Position numbers and translations under genes: made by a program. The notes below the pieces were generated by a model. The model was not told where the DNA came from, did not search any database, and saw only the letters and a list, made by a program, of their open reading frames with translations. From Clostridia bacterium (GTDB taxonomy: Bacteria; Bacillota; Clostridia; Lachnospirales; Lachnospiraceae), in contig QKJQ01000023.1 in NCBI GenBank assembly GCA_003249225.1, positions 70,373 to 134,372 on the forward strand: a stretch of DNA of 64,000 nt. The letters run 5' to 3'. Shown piece after piece: positions 29,176-38,825 of the stretch (positions are counted from its first letter, which is position 1; the number at the start of each line of letters is the position of its first letter).

Positions 29176-29234
29176 ATTATACACTATGGCTGATTTGAAA
29201 ACAAGTGGAAATCCTGTTTGGATTGTAGTATAAT
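29176..29234. promoter_or_regulatory. Back-to-back divergent promoters (VanZ operon on the minus strand, yihY-like gene on the plus strand)
   Basis: Minus strand: TTGTTT (29199-29204), 17 nt, TATAAT (29176-29181). Plus strand: TGGAAA (29206-29211), 17 nt, TATAAT (29229-29234). Confidence 0.45.
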
Positions 29235-29288
29235 ATTGGCATTCTAACCGTGAATATTCACAAAATGTATCAAAGGAGATGCGTCGAA

Positions 29289-30215
29289 ATGAATCAGTTC
29301 CAGAAGAAAATAAAAAATACGGGCTCACAGATTCAGACTAAGATTTCAGCTCACAATTTCTTTTTTCAGAAGTTGAATGACGACAACATCAATGCTTTAT
29401 CTGCTCATGTTGCTTTTTTCATCATTATCTCTTTTTTTCCGTTTGCCATGTTCCTGCTTACCCTGCTCTCCTACCTTCCAATTCCGGCAGATACCCTTCC
29501 CACTCTTGCCAGTGAGATGTTTCCGGCTGTGTTTAATGACTTCCTTCGTGAAATACTGGAGGAGCTTTCTGTCGCCGCATCAGGAACAATTCTCTCTATA
29601 ACGGTAATTGCAGCCTTATGGTCTGCTTCGCGTGGATTGCTTTCGATCATGCGTGGTCTTAACCGGATCTACAATATTCCTGAAACAAGAAATTATTTTG
29701 TGATCCGTTTCTTTTCAACACTTTATACACTGGCTTTTGCCATTATTATCCTTGTATTTCTGGTCATCTTTGTTTTCGGTAACCAGCTTACCCTTTACTT
29801 TCTCGATAAGTTTCCAATCATCGGTTCCTATGCTCTTCTCGTTAAAAGCATACGTTCCGTGGCTGGTATTGGAATTCTGCTGTTCTTCTTCCTGCTGCTC
29901 TATGTTACCATCCCGAACCGCAGGTCAAATATTCTTCGTGAACTACCCGGCGCACTGGTTGCAGCATTCGGATGGGTCGGTTTTTCATTTCTCTATTCCT
30001 TTTATATTGATAACATGGGGAATTACTCTGCTACCTATGGCAGCCTGACAGCTATCGTTCTCTGTATGCTCTGGCTTTATATCTGTATGTACTTAATGTT
30101 CCTCGGTGCTGAGATCAATGTTGCCTTTTCAGAAAAAATCGTAAAAACTTTACGAAAAAAACATCTGGCCAAAAAGATCGCAAGAAAAGGAAAACCTCCG
30201 ATCACTGATAAATAA
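29289..30215 (+). CDS. YihY/BrkB family membrane protein
   Basis: Six TM layout with AHVAFFIIISFFPF and YGSLTAIVLCMLWLY blocks. SD AAAGGAG lies upstream of the ATG at 29289. Confidence 0.75.
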   Translation: MNQFQKKIKNTGSQIQTKISAHNFFFQKLNDDNINALSAHVAFFIIISFFPFAMFLLTLLSYLPIPADTLPTLASEMFPAVFNDFLREILEELSVAASGTILSITVIAALWSASRGLLSIMRGLNRIYNIPETRNYFVIRFFSTLYTLAFAIIILVFLVIFVFGNQLTLYFLDKFPIIGSYALLVKSIRSVAGIGILLFFFLLLYVTIPNRRSNILRELPGALVAAFGWVGFSFLYSFYIDNMGNYSATYGSLTAIVLCMLWLYICMYLMFLGAEINVAFSEKIVKTLRKKHLAKKIARKGKPPITDK

Positions 30216-32892
30216 ATCCCAGTTCAATACCAGTATAATAGTATTTTACTATTTCTTCATAGTTGTACCCAGCCTGCATTAAGGCTTTTACACCATTCTG
30301 ACTCATTCCGACGCCATGTCCATATCCTCCGCCGTAGAAAGTGTATCCGGTCACCGTTCCATTTGCCATTATCGGCTCAAAGTAAAAGTAGGCACTTGGC
30401 ATAAGACTGAAGCCTTCCAGAACGGAATCACCGGCCAGATAAAGGTTTGTTGAAACAGGCGCCAGCAATGTTCTGATGTTCATCTGATACTTCACAAGTA
30501 TCGTGTTCTTTGTTCCTGTAATCAGCAGCTCTGTAATTATCCCGCTTTCAGAACGTTTCACAATTTCCATCTTCGTTACACGGCCAACCGTCGATACCGG
30601 AATACTGACAAACCTACCTTTCAGCACGCTGCCGGAAGGTGTTGTATAGGTTCCATCTCCTGATACAAATGTCTGGATATAAGAAGAATTCGCCTGATAT
30701 CTTGCATTGAGTGTTTCATCAATCTGTTTGCTGATTGCGTAGGTATCCAGTGTTACATACCAACGGTACCATCCATAGGAACTGTCCCAGGTCGTTACCG
30801 GAACCACAGTCTGCAGATCGTTCTTTGACAGAAGCAGGCTGTTTTCATTAATAAAGGTTTGAAATGCCGTTTCATCGGACAGATCTGCATATATGGTATC
30901 TGGTTCCTGTGACAGTTTTATCTCTGCACTATCTTCTTGACTGTACTTTGTGTTCATTGCTTCTTGTACCCTTGCGTAAGAAACATCGTCAAGCTGCAGC
31001 TTTGCTGAAAAGTACTCCGTCGAGGATGCATCCGTCCAGACATCTTCAATGTTAGAGGTGACACCGCAGGAGGTAGAAAAGTAATATGCCGTAATAATAT
31101 CTCCATTATAAGAGAGAACCTGTCCATAGGTATCTTTTACTGCAAAGATCGAGGTATCATTTTCCAGAACATTATTGTATACCTGACAATTCACTGTATC
31201 ATCCACATTAGCACCATACGAACTGTAGCGTCCTGACAAGAGCTGCTTGTACGCATAACTTCTTGCACAGACTGCCTGTACCTTCGCCGCTTCCTCACCG
31301 TACGAGGTCGGCATCTCGCTTGGAACGACTGAATAAAGATACTCTTCCAAGGACAGTTCATTGATCAGTAAAAGCCCTTCCACGGAAGAAGAAATTTCAA
31401 GTACGCCACGATACGAAGGGATTCCATAGCTCCTGCTGATGGATGTAACAGTCAGTTTTCCGTTCTCCGAGACAGGTTCAATCCGGATTCGTTCCTCATT
31501 ATCCAGAAAGTCCTCCAGGGTAAGTATAACGATATCGTCTTCCTTGTAGTTTGTTACTTCTTCTCCCTGTACAAGAGTAAATGCCGTATCAGAAGTTATT
31601 GTAATCTCTTCATGGTAATAGTTTGATGTTGCATCCAGACTAATCAGGACTCTTATGTTATCTGCTTTCAGCTTCTCTTTGATCAAGGCTGCTACAATCT
31701 TCCCATCTTCTACAACAAAATCAGTTATGCTGTATCCCACAAGAATACTGTTTGTTCTCTCCATCTCGATCTCATCATATATTTTATAGATCTTATAGTT
31801 CTCATCCAGTGTCAGGCGTCCGTATCCTTCAATTTCAATCGCCTGCGAACTCGTCATCAGAACCTTGCCATTGATGATATCCGTTTTGGTATCAAGCTGT
31901 ATGACTTCTTTCTTCTGTATCGTTAGATTGCCGACAACTCCGGATACATCAAACGAAGTATTACCCACTTTAAATTGTCTGGTCTGTCCATTAATATAAG
32001 CCAGCAAAATATCATTGTCACATGACAAAATCCAGGCATTATAGAGAATAACATCAGACGTGTCGGTCTTTTGTATATAGACGATTTCACTACCGCAGAA
32101 TATAACGCTGATCTGTTCATCCAAATAATCAGACGCATCCGGGTATGCACGAAATTCCTCATTCTCAAGAACAAAATCCTGCGGATTGTTCGTTGGATCC
32201 ATCTGATAGATATCCGTGTAATCCTGGAATTTTCCTGCCTGATATACTGCTCCATCCTCTGTTATGAAAGTGATTTTTCCTGTTTCATCACTATTAATCG
32301 TATTCAATACAAAAAAAGTTCCCTGTTCCAGCCTCATAGGCATGACAGCATCGTTCTGATCATCTTTATCGGCAACCATGGAACTGCAAACGTCATATAA
32401 CTGCAGAAACTCCTTCAATAACACTTCATCTTCAGCTTTTGCTGTACGAAGCCTCTCCGGTAACTTCTGTACAATATCAGCATAACTGATAACTGCCTTA
32501 TCCGATAACAGCACCAAAAGTTCTTTCATCTCTTCGCATGTAAGATTCCCATATGGATCCAGTTCGTCTGCTACTTTTCCAATTTCAAACAGACCGGCAT
32601 TGGCCATTGCATTTTTGTAGGTCGCATACCATTCATTTTCTATATCACTGCTTACCACCCAGTCTAGCTTTTCTCTCTCTTCACCCGTGTAAAAGAAAAA
32701 GCTGAACATACGATATGCTTCGGCGCGTGTTATACGCTCCCCCGCAACAGTTTGGGATGAAGTTACAGAACTCTGGCCGTTCCATGCCTGCTCTTCTCTC
32801 ACCGATACCAGAAACTGGCGCAGAAGTATAATAAAGATGAACAAAAATGCTGTCATCAGTAAAACCATTTTTCCGGTCAAATGCTTTTTCAT
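30202..32892 (-). CDS. Large SpoIID/LytB domain protein (amidase enhancer / lytic transglycosylase family)
   Basis: N-terminal TM segment. The C-terminal SpoIID blocks include AAKVQAVCARSYAY and GHGVGMSQNGVKALMQAGYNYEEIVKYYY. Confidence 0.8.
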   Translation of the reverse strand: MKKHLTGKMVLLMTAFLFIFIILLRQFLVSVREEQAWNGQSSVTSSQTVAGERITRAEAYRMFSFFFYTGEEREKLDWVVSSDIENEWYATYKNAMANAGLFEIGKVADELDPYGNLTCEEMKELLVLLSDKAVISYADIVQKLPERLRTAKAEDEVLLKEFLQLYDVCSSMVADKDDQNDAVMPMRLEQGTFFVLNTINSDETGKITFITEDGAVYQAGKFQDYTDIYQMDPTNNPQDFVLENEEFRAYPDASDYLDEQISVIFCGSEIVYIQKTDTSDVILYNAWILSCDNDILLAYINGQTRQFKVGNTSFDVSGVVGNLTIQKKEVIQLDTKTDIINGKVLMTSSQAIEIEGYGRLTLDENYKIYKIYDEIEMERTNSILVGYSITDFVVEDGKIVAALIKEKLKADNIRVLISLDATSNYYHEEITITSDTAFTLVQGEEVTNYKEDDIVILTLEDFLDNEERIRIEPVSENGKLTVTSISRSYGIPSYRGVLEISSSVEGLLLINELSLEEYLYSVVPSEMPTSYGEEAAKVQAVCARSYAYKQLLSGRYSSYGANVDDTVNCQVYNNVLENDTSIFAVKDTYGQVLSYNGDIITAYYFSTSCGVTSNIEDVWTDASSTEYFSAKLQLDDVSYARVQEAMNTKYSQEDSAEIKLSQEPDTIYADLSDETAFQTFINENSLLLSKNDLQTVVPVTTWDSSYGWYRWYVTLDTYAISKQIDETLNARYQANSSYIQTFVSGDGTYTTPSGSVLKGRFVSIPVSTVGRVTKMEIVKRSESGIITELLITGTKNTILVKYQMNIRTLLAPVSTNLYLAGDSVLEGFSLMPSAYFYFEPIMANGTVTGYTFYGGGYGHGVGMSQNGVKALMQAGYNYEEIVKYYYTGIELGFIYQ

Positions 32893-32906
32893 CTGTTTCC
32901 TCCGCT

Positions 32907-33653
32907 TTAGTCTGCTGTGCTTTCCGTTAACAGACTGTCAATTTTCTTAAGGGTATCACCGATTCCTTCATGAAGTTCTATACAACCCTTCCTGGCAGCG
33001 TAGGGTGTCTCTGTCTGGTTCATTATTATGACTGGCTTCCTGTTCTCCAAGAAAAGGTCCGGAAGCGACGCGACTGGGTATACCGTGAGAGACGTACCAA
33101 GAACCAGCAGACAATCTGCTGTTTTTGCTTGCTTAAAGACTTCCGTCATCTTGTCCACACTTTCTTCGTATAATACAATGTCCGGTTTGATAACCGACCC
33201 ACATCCGCACAGGTAGCCTTGTTTTTTATTTATCACCTCATGAAGTGAATACCCGCGCTGACATCCCTGACAGGTACAAGTCATAAGGCTGCCATGGACC
33301 TTTGTGACTTTTTTTGAACCAGCCTGCGTGTGAAGTTGTTCAATGTTCTGTGTTACGATGGAAAGTTCAAGTTCGTTCTCCCATTTTGCAAGTATCCTGT
33401 GTCCTGCATTTGGATGAATTCCCGTATAATCCATATTTGTCTTTATGTATTCCCAGAAAATATCCGGATTCTGTCTGAAAAACGTATAGGACAGGATTTC
33501 CTCCGGTCTCATTCCATGAAATTCGCCTTTGTATAAGCCGTTCGATGAACGAAAATCAGGAATGCCTGACTCCGTTGACATTCCTGCACCTGTTAGTATT
33601 AATATGTTCTTTGCCTGCCTGATCAGCAACGCACACTGTTCGTATTTATCCAT
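32907..33653 (-). CDS. cobB: NAD-dependent protein deacylase (Sir2 family)
   Basis: GAGMSTESGIPDFRS, catalytic HG, and a Cys4 zinc module (CTCQGC ... CGCG). Confidence 0.9.
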   Translation of the reverse strand: MDKYEQCALLIRQAKNILILTGAGMSTESGIPDFRSSNGLYKGEFHGMRPEEILSYTFFRQNPDIFWEYIKTNMDYTGIHPNAGHRILAKWENELELSIVTQNIEQLHTQAGSKKVTKVHGSLMTCTCQGCQRGYSLHEVINKKQGYLCGCGSVIKPDIVLYEESVDKMTEVFKQAKTADCLLVLGTSLTVYPVASLPDLFLENRKPVIIMNQTETPYAARKGCIELHEGIGDTLKKIDSLLTESTAD

Positions 33654-33712
33654 AATTCCCTCGAAATAGTATCATATTCTGCATTGTAGATTGCATGTAA
33701 ACGATTCCTGCA

Positions 33713-34699
33713 TTATTGATTTCCATAGGTACCGAGAAATGAAAAAACCGCATTCCAGTATCCTTGCGGATCGGTAACCTCACTGGCCGCATGACCTGCT
33801 CCCGGAAATGTTACTAGTTCCTTCTGACAGATTGCCGCATCATATAACTCCTGGACCATATCAAATGGCACAAAGGTGTCATCTTCGCCATGAATAAAAA
33901 GCATAGGTATCTTGCACCTTTTTATCTGCCGCAGTGCAGATGCCTCTTTAAATCCATAGCCTGCACGCAGTCTGGCGAATAAATCTGCTACATTAAGAAC
34001 CGGAAAGGAAGGCAGACCAAACTGAGACTTCAACTGTACCTGAAATATATCCCAGGCACTTGTATATCCGCAGTCTTCAATTGCCGCTACCACATTATAC
34101 GGAAGGGTCGGCTCACCAACCGTCATCATAACAGTCGCACCTCCCATAGAGACTCCATGAAGAATAATCTCAGAATAGGGATCTTCCTTCATGATCTTTC
34201 GGATCCAGAGAAGAACATCATCTTTGTCAAGCCAGCCCATCCCGATATACTCTCCTTCACTGTCTCCGTGAGATCTCATATCCGGAATCAGTACATTGTA
34301 TCCTGCCTTATAGTATTCCTCAGCATAAGGAAGCATTGAACTTTTATCGGAACGATAACCATGCAATAGAATAACCCATTTTTCTCCAATGTCTTTCGAC
34401 TCCTGCTCTATCTTGGCGGCTTTGAGCAAAAGATTATCTGCAGACAGGATCTGTACCGTTTCAGTCTTTACCTGGCTTTGCCAGTTCTGTGCATCGTTGG
34501 CTTCTTCTGTCCATGCTTCATATATTTTTTCAGCAGCTGCTTTTTCTTCTTCTGATTCATAAGTCACCGAACTGTCAAAAGCCGTCGTGCTTCTTAGCAG
34601 CGCATAATTTACCAGATAATTACCCATAATTGCAACAGTAACAAGCAACAAGCCAAGCACAATGGAAGCTAACAAAACTCCTCTTTTCAGTGTTTTCAA
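33713..34699 (-). CDS. Membrane-anchored alpha/beta hydrolase
   Basis: TTG start with SD GGGAGG. N-terminal TM segment, nucleophile elbow GVSMGG, and late HGEDD and GAGH blocks. Confidence 0.7.
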   Translation of the reverse strand: MKTLKRGVLLASIVLGLLLVTVAIMGNYLVNYALLRSTTAFDSSVTYESEEEKAAAEKIYEAWTEEANDAQNWQSQVKTETVQILSADNLLLKAAKIEQESKDIGEKWVILLHGYRSDKSSMLPYAEEYYKAGYNVLIPDMRSHGDSEGEYIGMGWLDKDDVLLWIRKIMKEDPYSEIILHGVSMGGATVMMTVGEPTLPYNVVAAIEDCGYTSAWDIFQVQLKSQFGLPSFPVLNVADLFARLRAGYGFKEASALRQIKRCKIPMLFIHGEDDTFVPFDMVQELYDAAICQKELVTFPGAGHAASEVTDPQGYWNAVFSFLGTYGNQ

Positions 34700-34748
34700 T
34701 TATGTACCTCCCGTACCCCCGCTTTCTTTTTAGTATACCACAAATATA

Positions 34749-34786
34749 GGAAGAACTGCAAAACAATCTTGTTCTGCAGTTCTTCC
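34749..34786 (-). terminator. Terminator after the DUF4340-like gene
   Basis: Perfect 12-bp arms ggaagaactgca / tgcagttcttcc, with T-rich sequence after the hairpin on the minus strand. Confidence 0.65.
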
Positions 34787-34816
34787 CTTCTCCACTTTAC
34801 CTGGTATTCTTTTGTA

Positions 34817-36313
34817 TTATTCTGGTGTATAACCATCGATTGCTGCAATCATCTCTGCTACATCCCGCGCGTCTATATAGTATCTTGCAACGCCATTTAT
34901 GCTTACAGCATCATAACTTTCATCATAAGGCAGATATTCAATGGTTACATTGGTATATTCATCAGACGTACGATCATACGTGATGCTAAGAATCGGATCT
35001 GTTCCTATCACAGCGTCCTCTGGCAGGAAACCGGCAATCTGTGCACCAATGATAACCTGGTACATCGAACGGAAAGCGGAATCATCCGTCAGCGTAACAC
35101 CATCTACGATAAATCCTGTATCATTGACTTCTTCCTCACCATCATCGTTCGTTACTGTTTCGTACAGCATTTCATAGGTATGAGAAGCACCTTCATAAGA
35201 AACCTGCATCTGGTTAAGTGTTTTTATATTAATCAGATTGATGTAGGTACTGACGAGTGATTTAGCATCAACATCAAGAAGGGTTTCAACATTAGAGGCT
35301 GCCATAAGGTAAACGATGGAGGAATCTCCCTGCTTCACGTAATAATTTCCATCTTCATCGGTATTTCCGATATATAAAGTATAGGACAGATCATTATATG
35401 TCGTATTATCAGAGTCATCGGTAACCGCTTCCTTATATTGAATATACAGATATGTCTCTGGATTCTCAAGACCATAGTCAGCAAGATTTTCTTCCTTATA
35501 ATCAACGGCTGATTTTAACGTAAAGCTTTCATAGTTCGTCAGCATTTCCGTAATGTTATCGGTATCTCCTTCTGCTTCAAAATCGAAAGGTTCTGTGATC
35601 AGCCAGTTGTTGATTGCAAGACCTGCATATGCTGTAGATGGATTGTCTGTATACATCAGAGCAAGATTTCCGTATTCCGGACTTGTAATTCCAAGGAAGG
35701 AAATCAACGTTGAATCGATTGCCGGAGTCTCCTCTGTCAAGATCAGATCCTGCTGGTCATAAACATAATAGGTATATAATGTTGCAGGAACAACATATAT
35801 CGTATCAGATCCTTCTACCTTTGCATAATATCCGATTCCTGATCCAGTCTTATCACCAATATAGATGGTATACTGTCCACCGTCTGTATCTGTAGCAGTT
35901 GCAGTAATTTGTGGATCAGCAAGGCCATAATCAGCAAGGTTTTCCGGTGCCTCTGTTACTGTTTTTGTTGCGCTTCCATCAATATAATCGAACACATACT
36001 GTGCCTTATCCTGATCGAGAGGAAAACTTTCATCCCCTTCCAGATAATATGTGTCATCATCACTCTTTACAATGGTTGCCTGCCAGTCCTGATTCGAAAA
36101 GGATACTTTAACGAGCGAATCGCTGTCCAGTGTAAAGATATCAGCTGATGTATCTGACGCTGCATCTTCTGCAGCGGATGTCTCTTCTTCCTCAGCAGCT
36201 TTTTTATCATTATGATTTGACACCAGATAATATGCACCTACCAGAACAATAATGGACAGACAAAGAATCAGTAAAGTAAAGAGATTTTTCTTCTTTCTTT
36301 TACTTGAAGCCAT
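34817..36313 (-). CDS. DUF4340-like extracytoplasmic protein (accessory to the ABC-2/GldG module)
   Basis: N-terminal TM segment and an acidic, repetitive beta-rich ectodomain. It holds the fourth position of the conserved ATPase / ABC-2 permease / GldG-like / DUF4340 arrangement. Confidence 0.55.
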   Translation of the reverse strand: MASSKRKKKNLFTLLILCLSIIVLVGAYYLVSNHNDKKAAEEEETSAAEDAASDTSADIFTLDSDSLVKVSFSNQDWQATIVKSDDDTYYLEGDESFPLDQDKAQYVFDYIDGSATKTVTEAPENLADYGLADPQITATATDTDGGQYTIYIGDKTGSGIGYYAKVEGSDTIYVVPATLYTYYVYDQQDLILTEETPAIDSTLISFLGITSPEYGNLALMYTDNPSTAYAGLAINNWLITEPFDFEAEGDTDNITEMLTNYESFTLKSAVDYKEENLADYGLENPETYLYIQYKEAVTDDSDNTTYNDLSYTLYIGNTDEDGNYYVKQGDSSIVYLMAASNVETLLDVDAKSLVSTYINLINIKTLNQMQVSYEGASHTYEMLYETVTNDDGEEEVNDTGFIVDGVTLTDDSAFRSMYQVIIGAQIAGFLPEDAVIGTDPILSITYDRTSDEYTNVTIEYLPYDESYDAVSINGVARYYIDARDVAEMIAAIDGYTPE

Positions 36314-37944
36314 TATTTTCTCCTCCTTATTATTACTACAAGTACACCGCTCAATATGGTCAGCAACGGAAGTACGGCAAGACAGATCGCACCGTTCACA
36401 ATAATCTGTGCGGATGTCATGGATACATAATCCTGTGTGGACAGATCTGTGGTCGGAATGGATAATGTATTCTCAACTCCTGCCATATAATTAATGGTAT
36501 TCATGAGCAGGGTTCCATTGCCATAGGTTGTTGTCGTAATGAAAGAATCATCGAAAATGTAGCCGCTGTAGACAGCAATCTTTGTTTCAACGTTGTTATA
36601 GGACTCTTCCAGTAACATTGCAATTGAAAATGGTCCGTCAATGTCTGCTTCTTCTTTGCTTGCCGTGCTGGAGTTCAGATCGACCTTTGAATACGCTTTG
36701 TCTGATGTGGTCAGAAGACTCGTCGTTGTAATTGTGGAACGAATGTCATCACGAACCGACAGACCAACACCATACACAACATCGACATATTTCTTGCCTT
36801 TTACACCGGATGTAAGCTCATGGGTTGTAATGGAAGGCAAAAGCTCTACCGGATAAGTACCTCTGTAGTAGTTGGAATCACCTTCTACAACAATACCGGG
36901 AACAATATCAACACCATAATAACTAAGCAGAGTTGCAAAGATCGGCAGTTCTCCTGTCACTGAATTGTTCAGGACAATAATAGCATCTCCACCTGCAATG
37001 AGGTAGTCTTTGATCATGGTGATTTCATCTTCTGTATAGTCATTTTGCGGAGTGTTTATGAATAATATATCGCAGTCATCCGGAATGGCTTCCGCTGTCA
37101 GTGTCTCAAGTTCATTCTGTGTTACATTCTCTTTTGCAAATGTACTTGCAAGCGTCGTAGATACTGTGATTTCTCCATGGCCAGTTACACTGTACATAAC
37201 AGGAAGATCTTCGTTTGTTACATATTGAAGTGCGGAGTCGATCTGTCCTTCAATGTCCGAAGTCGTTGTTGACTCATACGTTGTATAATCATAGGATGTA
37301 GTAATCATGTCATCGTATGCAACAAGTTTCGCACGTCCGGTCGTCTCGTTAACCACAAGAACTGATTCTGAAGCAACTGACTCTGTTCCTTCGATATACT
37401 GGGAAACAAACTTTGGATAAAGAACCGGATCCTTGCGTACCACTGAAACATTGCTGCTTATTGTATCGTACTTATCAACAAGACCTGCGATTTCACTTGT
37501 TTCGGCACCTGTTTCTACCAGATAGTACAGGGTCACATCATCTTTAATGTTTTCAACATAATTTATAGTATCTTCTTTCAGGGTATATAGACCGCTGCCG
37601 GTAAGATCAAGTTTGATATCCATTTCAGACACGATCAGATTCACGATCATGACCAATGCAATCACGACAACCGATACTAACGTAGCATAAGCTCCACCCT
37701 TAAACTTCTTTGATGCGAACGAGGAGGAAATGCTCTTTTTTGCAGAAGAAACTCTGTGCTTCTTTTCCTTCTTGCCTTCGGTATCTTCGCTATCCGTTGT
37801 GTCTTCATTAAGATCAGCCTGCTCTGCTGTTTCATAAGATTCATCAGACATAAAGCCAGCTTCTTCCTTTGTTTCATCAGGTGTTATATTTATAGAATCT
37901 TTCATTGTTTCCTCCTGATTTTCATTTGATTTATGATCAGACAT
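36313..37944 (-). CDS. GldG-like protein (ABC-type uncharacterised transport system component)
   Basis: SD AAGGAGGAG precedes the ATG at 37944. Acidic N-terminus, a TM segment, a large ectodomain and a C-terminal TM segment with an RRRK tail. Confidence 0.55.
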   Translation of the reverse strand: MSDHKSNENQEETMKDSINITPDETKEEAGFMSDESYETAEQADLNEDTTDSEDTEGKKEKKHRVSSAKKSISSSFASKKFKGGAYATLVSVVVIALVMIVNLIVSEMDIKLDLTGSGLYTLKEDTINYVENIKDDVTLYYLVETGAETSEIAGLVDKYDTISSNVSVVRKDPVLYPKFVSQYIEGTESVASESVLVVNETTGRAKLVAYDDMITTSYDYTTYESTTTSDIEGQIDSALQYVTNEDLPVMYSVTGHGEITVSTTLASTFAKENVTQNELETLTAEAIPDDCDILFINTPQNDYTEDEITMIKDYLIAGGDAIIVLNNSVTGELPIFATLLSYYGVDIVPGIVVEGDSNYYRGTYPVELLPSITTHELTSGVKGKKYVDVVYGVGLSVRDDIRSTITTTSLLTTSDKAYSKVDLNSSTASKEEADIDGPFSIAMLLEESYNNVETKIAVYSGYIFDDSFITTTTYGNGTLLMNTINYMAGVENTLSIPTTDLSTQDYVSMTSAQIIVNGAICLAVLPLLTILSGVLVVIIRRRK

Positions 37945-37961
37945 TCTTTTCTCCTCCTTTC

Positions 37962-38825
37962 TTAGCTCCATCTTCTCTTCTTAATTGACTGAATGGTGAG
38001 GAACACAAACAATGTGATCACACTCAGATAGTAAACAACGTCAGATATATTCAATATACCACTTGAAAAATCATCGTATCTTGCGACAACGGAGAACCAT
38101 CCAAATACTCTTACAATCAATCCATCATAAAAAGCAGGATGAACAAAGTAAAGAACAGCCAGCGCCGCCTCTAGCACGATCGCAGTGATGCTGCTTACAA
38201 GAATATTTTTCATAAGCAGATAGGTAATCAGTGTAACAACAAGTGCTACAACAGCGAAAAAGATCCATGCTGTTTTATCATCGGTCGGAAGTATGCTGGC
38301 GATACCATCCACAAAAAGAGTCACTATGATTGTGATAAACGTCAGAACTGCTGCCAGTGCCTGACTTTCTGTCATCGATGAGATAAACAGACCGATAGAC
38401 ATATACGCAGCCCCAAGTAAGAAAAATCCCATTATCGCCGCATAAGACCATTTCATATTCACTTCTCCATATCTGGAAAGTGCCAAGGGATAAACACAGA
38501 TAACAAGAATCCCAATACCAAAAATAGAAATCAGGGCAAGGAATTTACCCAAAATGATCTTTGATATAGAAATCGGTGAGGTAAATAATAACTGGTCAGT
38601 TTTTTGTTTGTTTTCTTCTGCCATAATACGCATGGTAAGCATCGGAACAAGCAATATGAAGAATATGTATACACCAGATAATGCATATGCAAAATTAGAA
38701 TATGCATAATACATATTGTAAAGATAATGATATAATCCTACGAAAAGCAGGAAGAATCCAAGAAAAAGCCATCCGATGATGGAGGTAAAGTAAGAGCGCA
38801 TTTCCTTTTTATATACAGCCAACAT
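37962..38825 (-). CDS. ABC-2 type transporter permease
   Basis: 287 aa with six to seven TM segments. It is directly abutted to the ATPase gene. Confidence 0.7.
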   Translation of the reverse strand: MLAVYKKEMRSYFTSIIGWLFLGFFLLFVGLYHYLYNMYYAYSNFAYALSGVYIFFILLVPMLTMRIMAEENKQKTDQLLFTSPISISKIILGKFLALISIFGIGILVICVYPLALSRYGEVNMKWSYAAIMGFFLLGAAYMSIGLFISSMTESQALAAVLTFITIIVTLFVDGIASILPTDDKTAWIFFAVVALVVTLITYLLMKNILVSSITAIVLEAALAVLYFVHPAFYDGLIVRVFGWFSVVARYDDFSSGILNISDVVYYLSVITLFVFLTIQSIKKRRWS

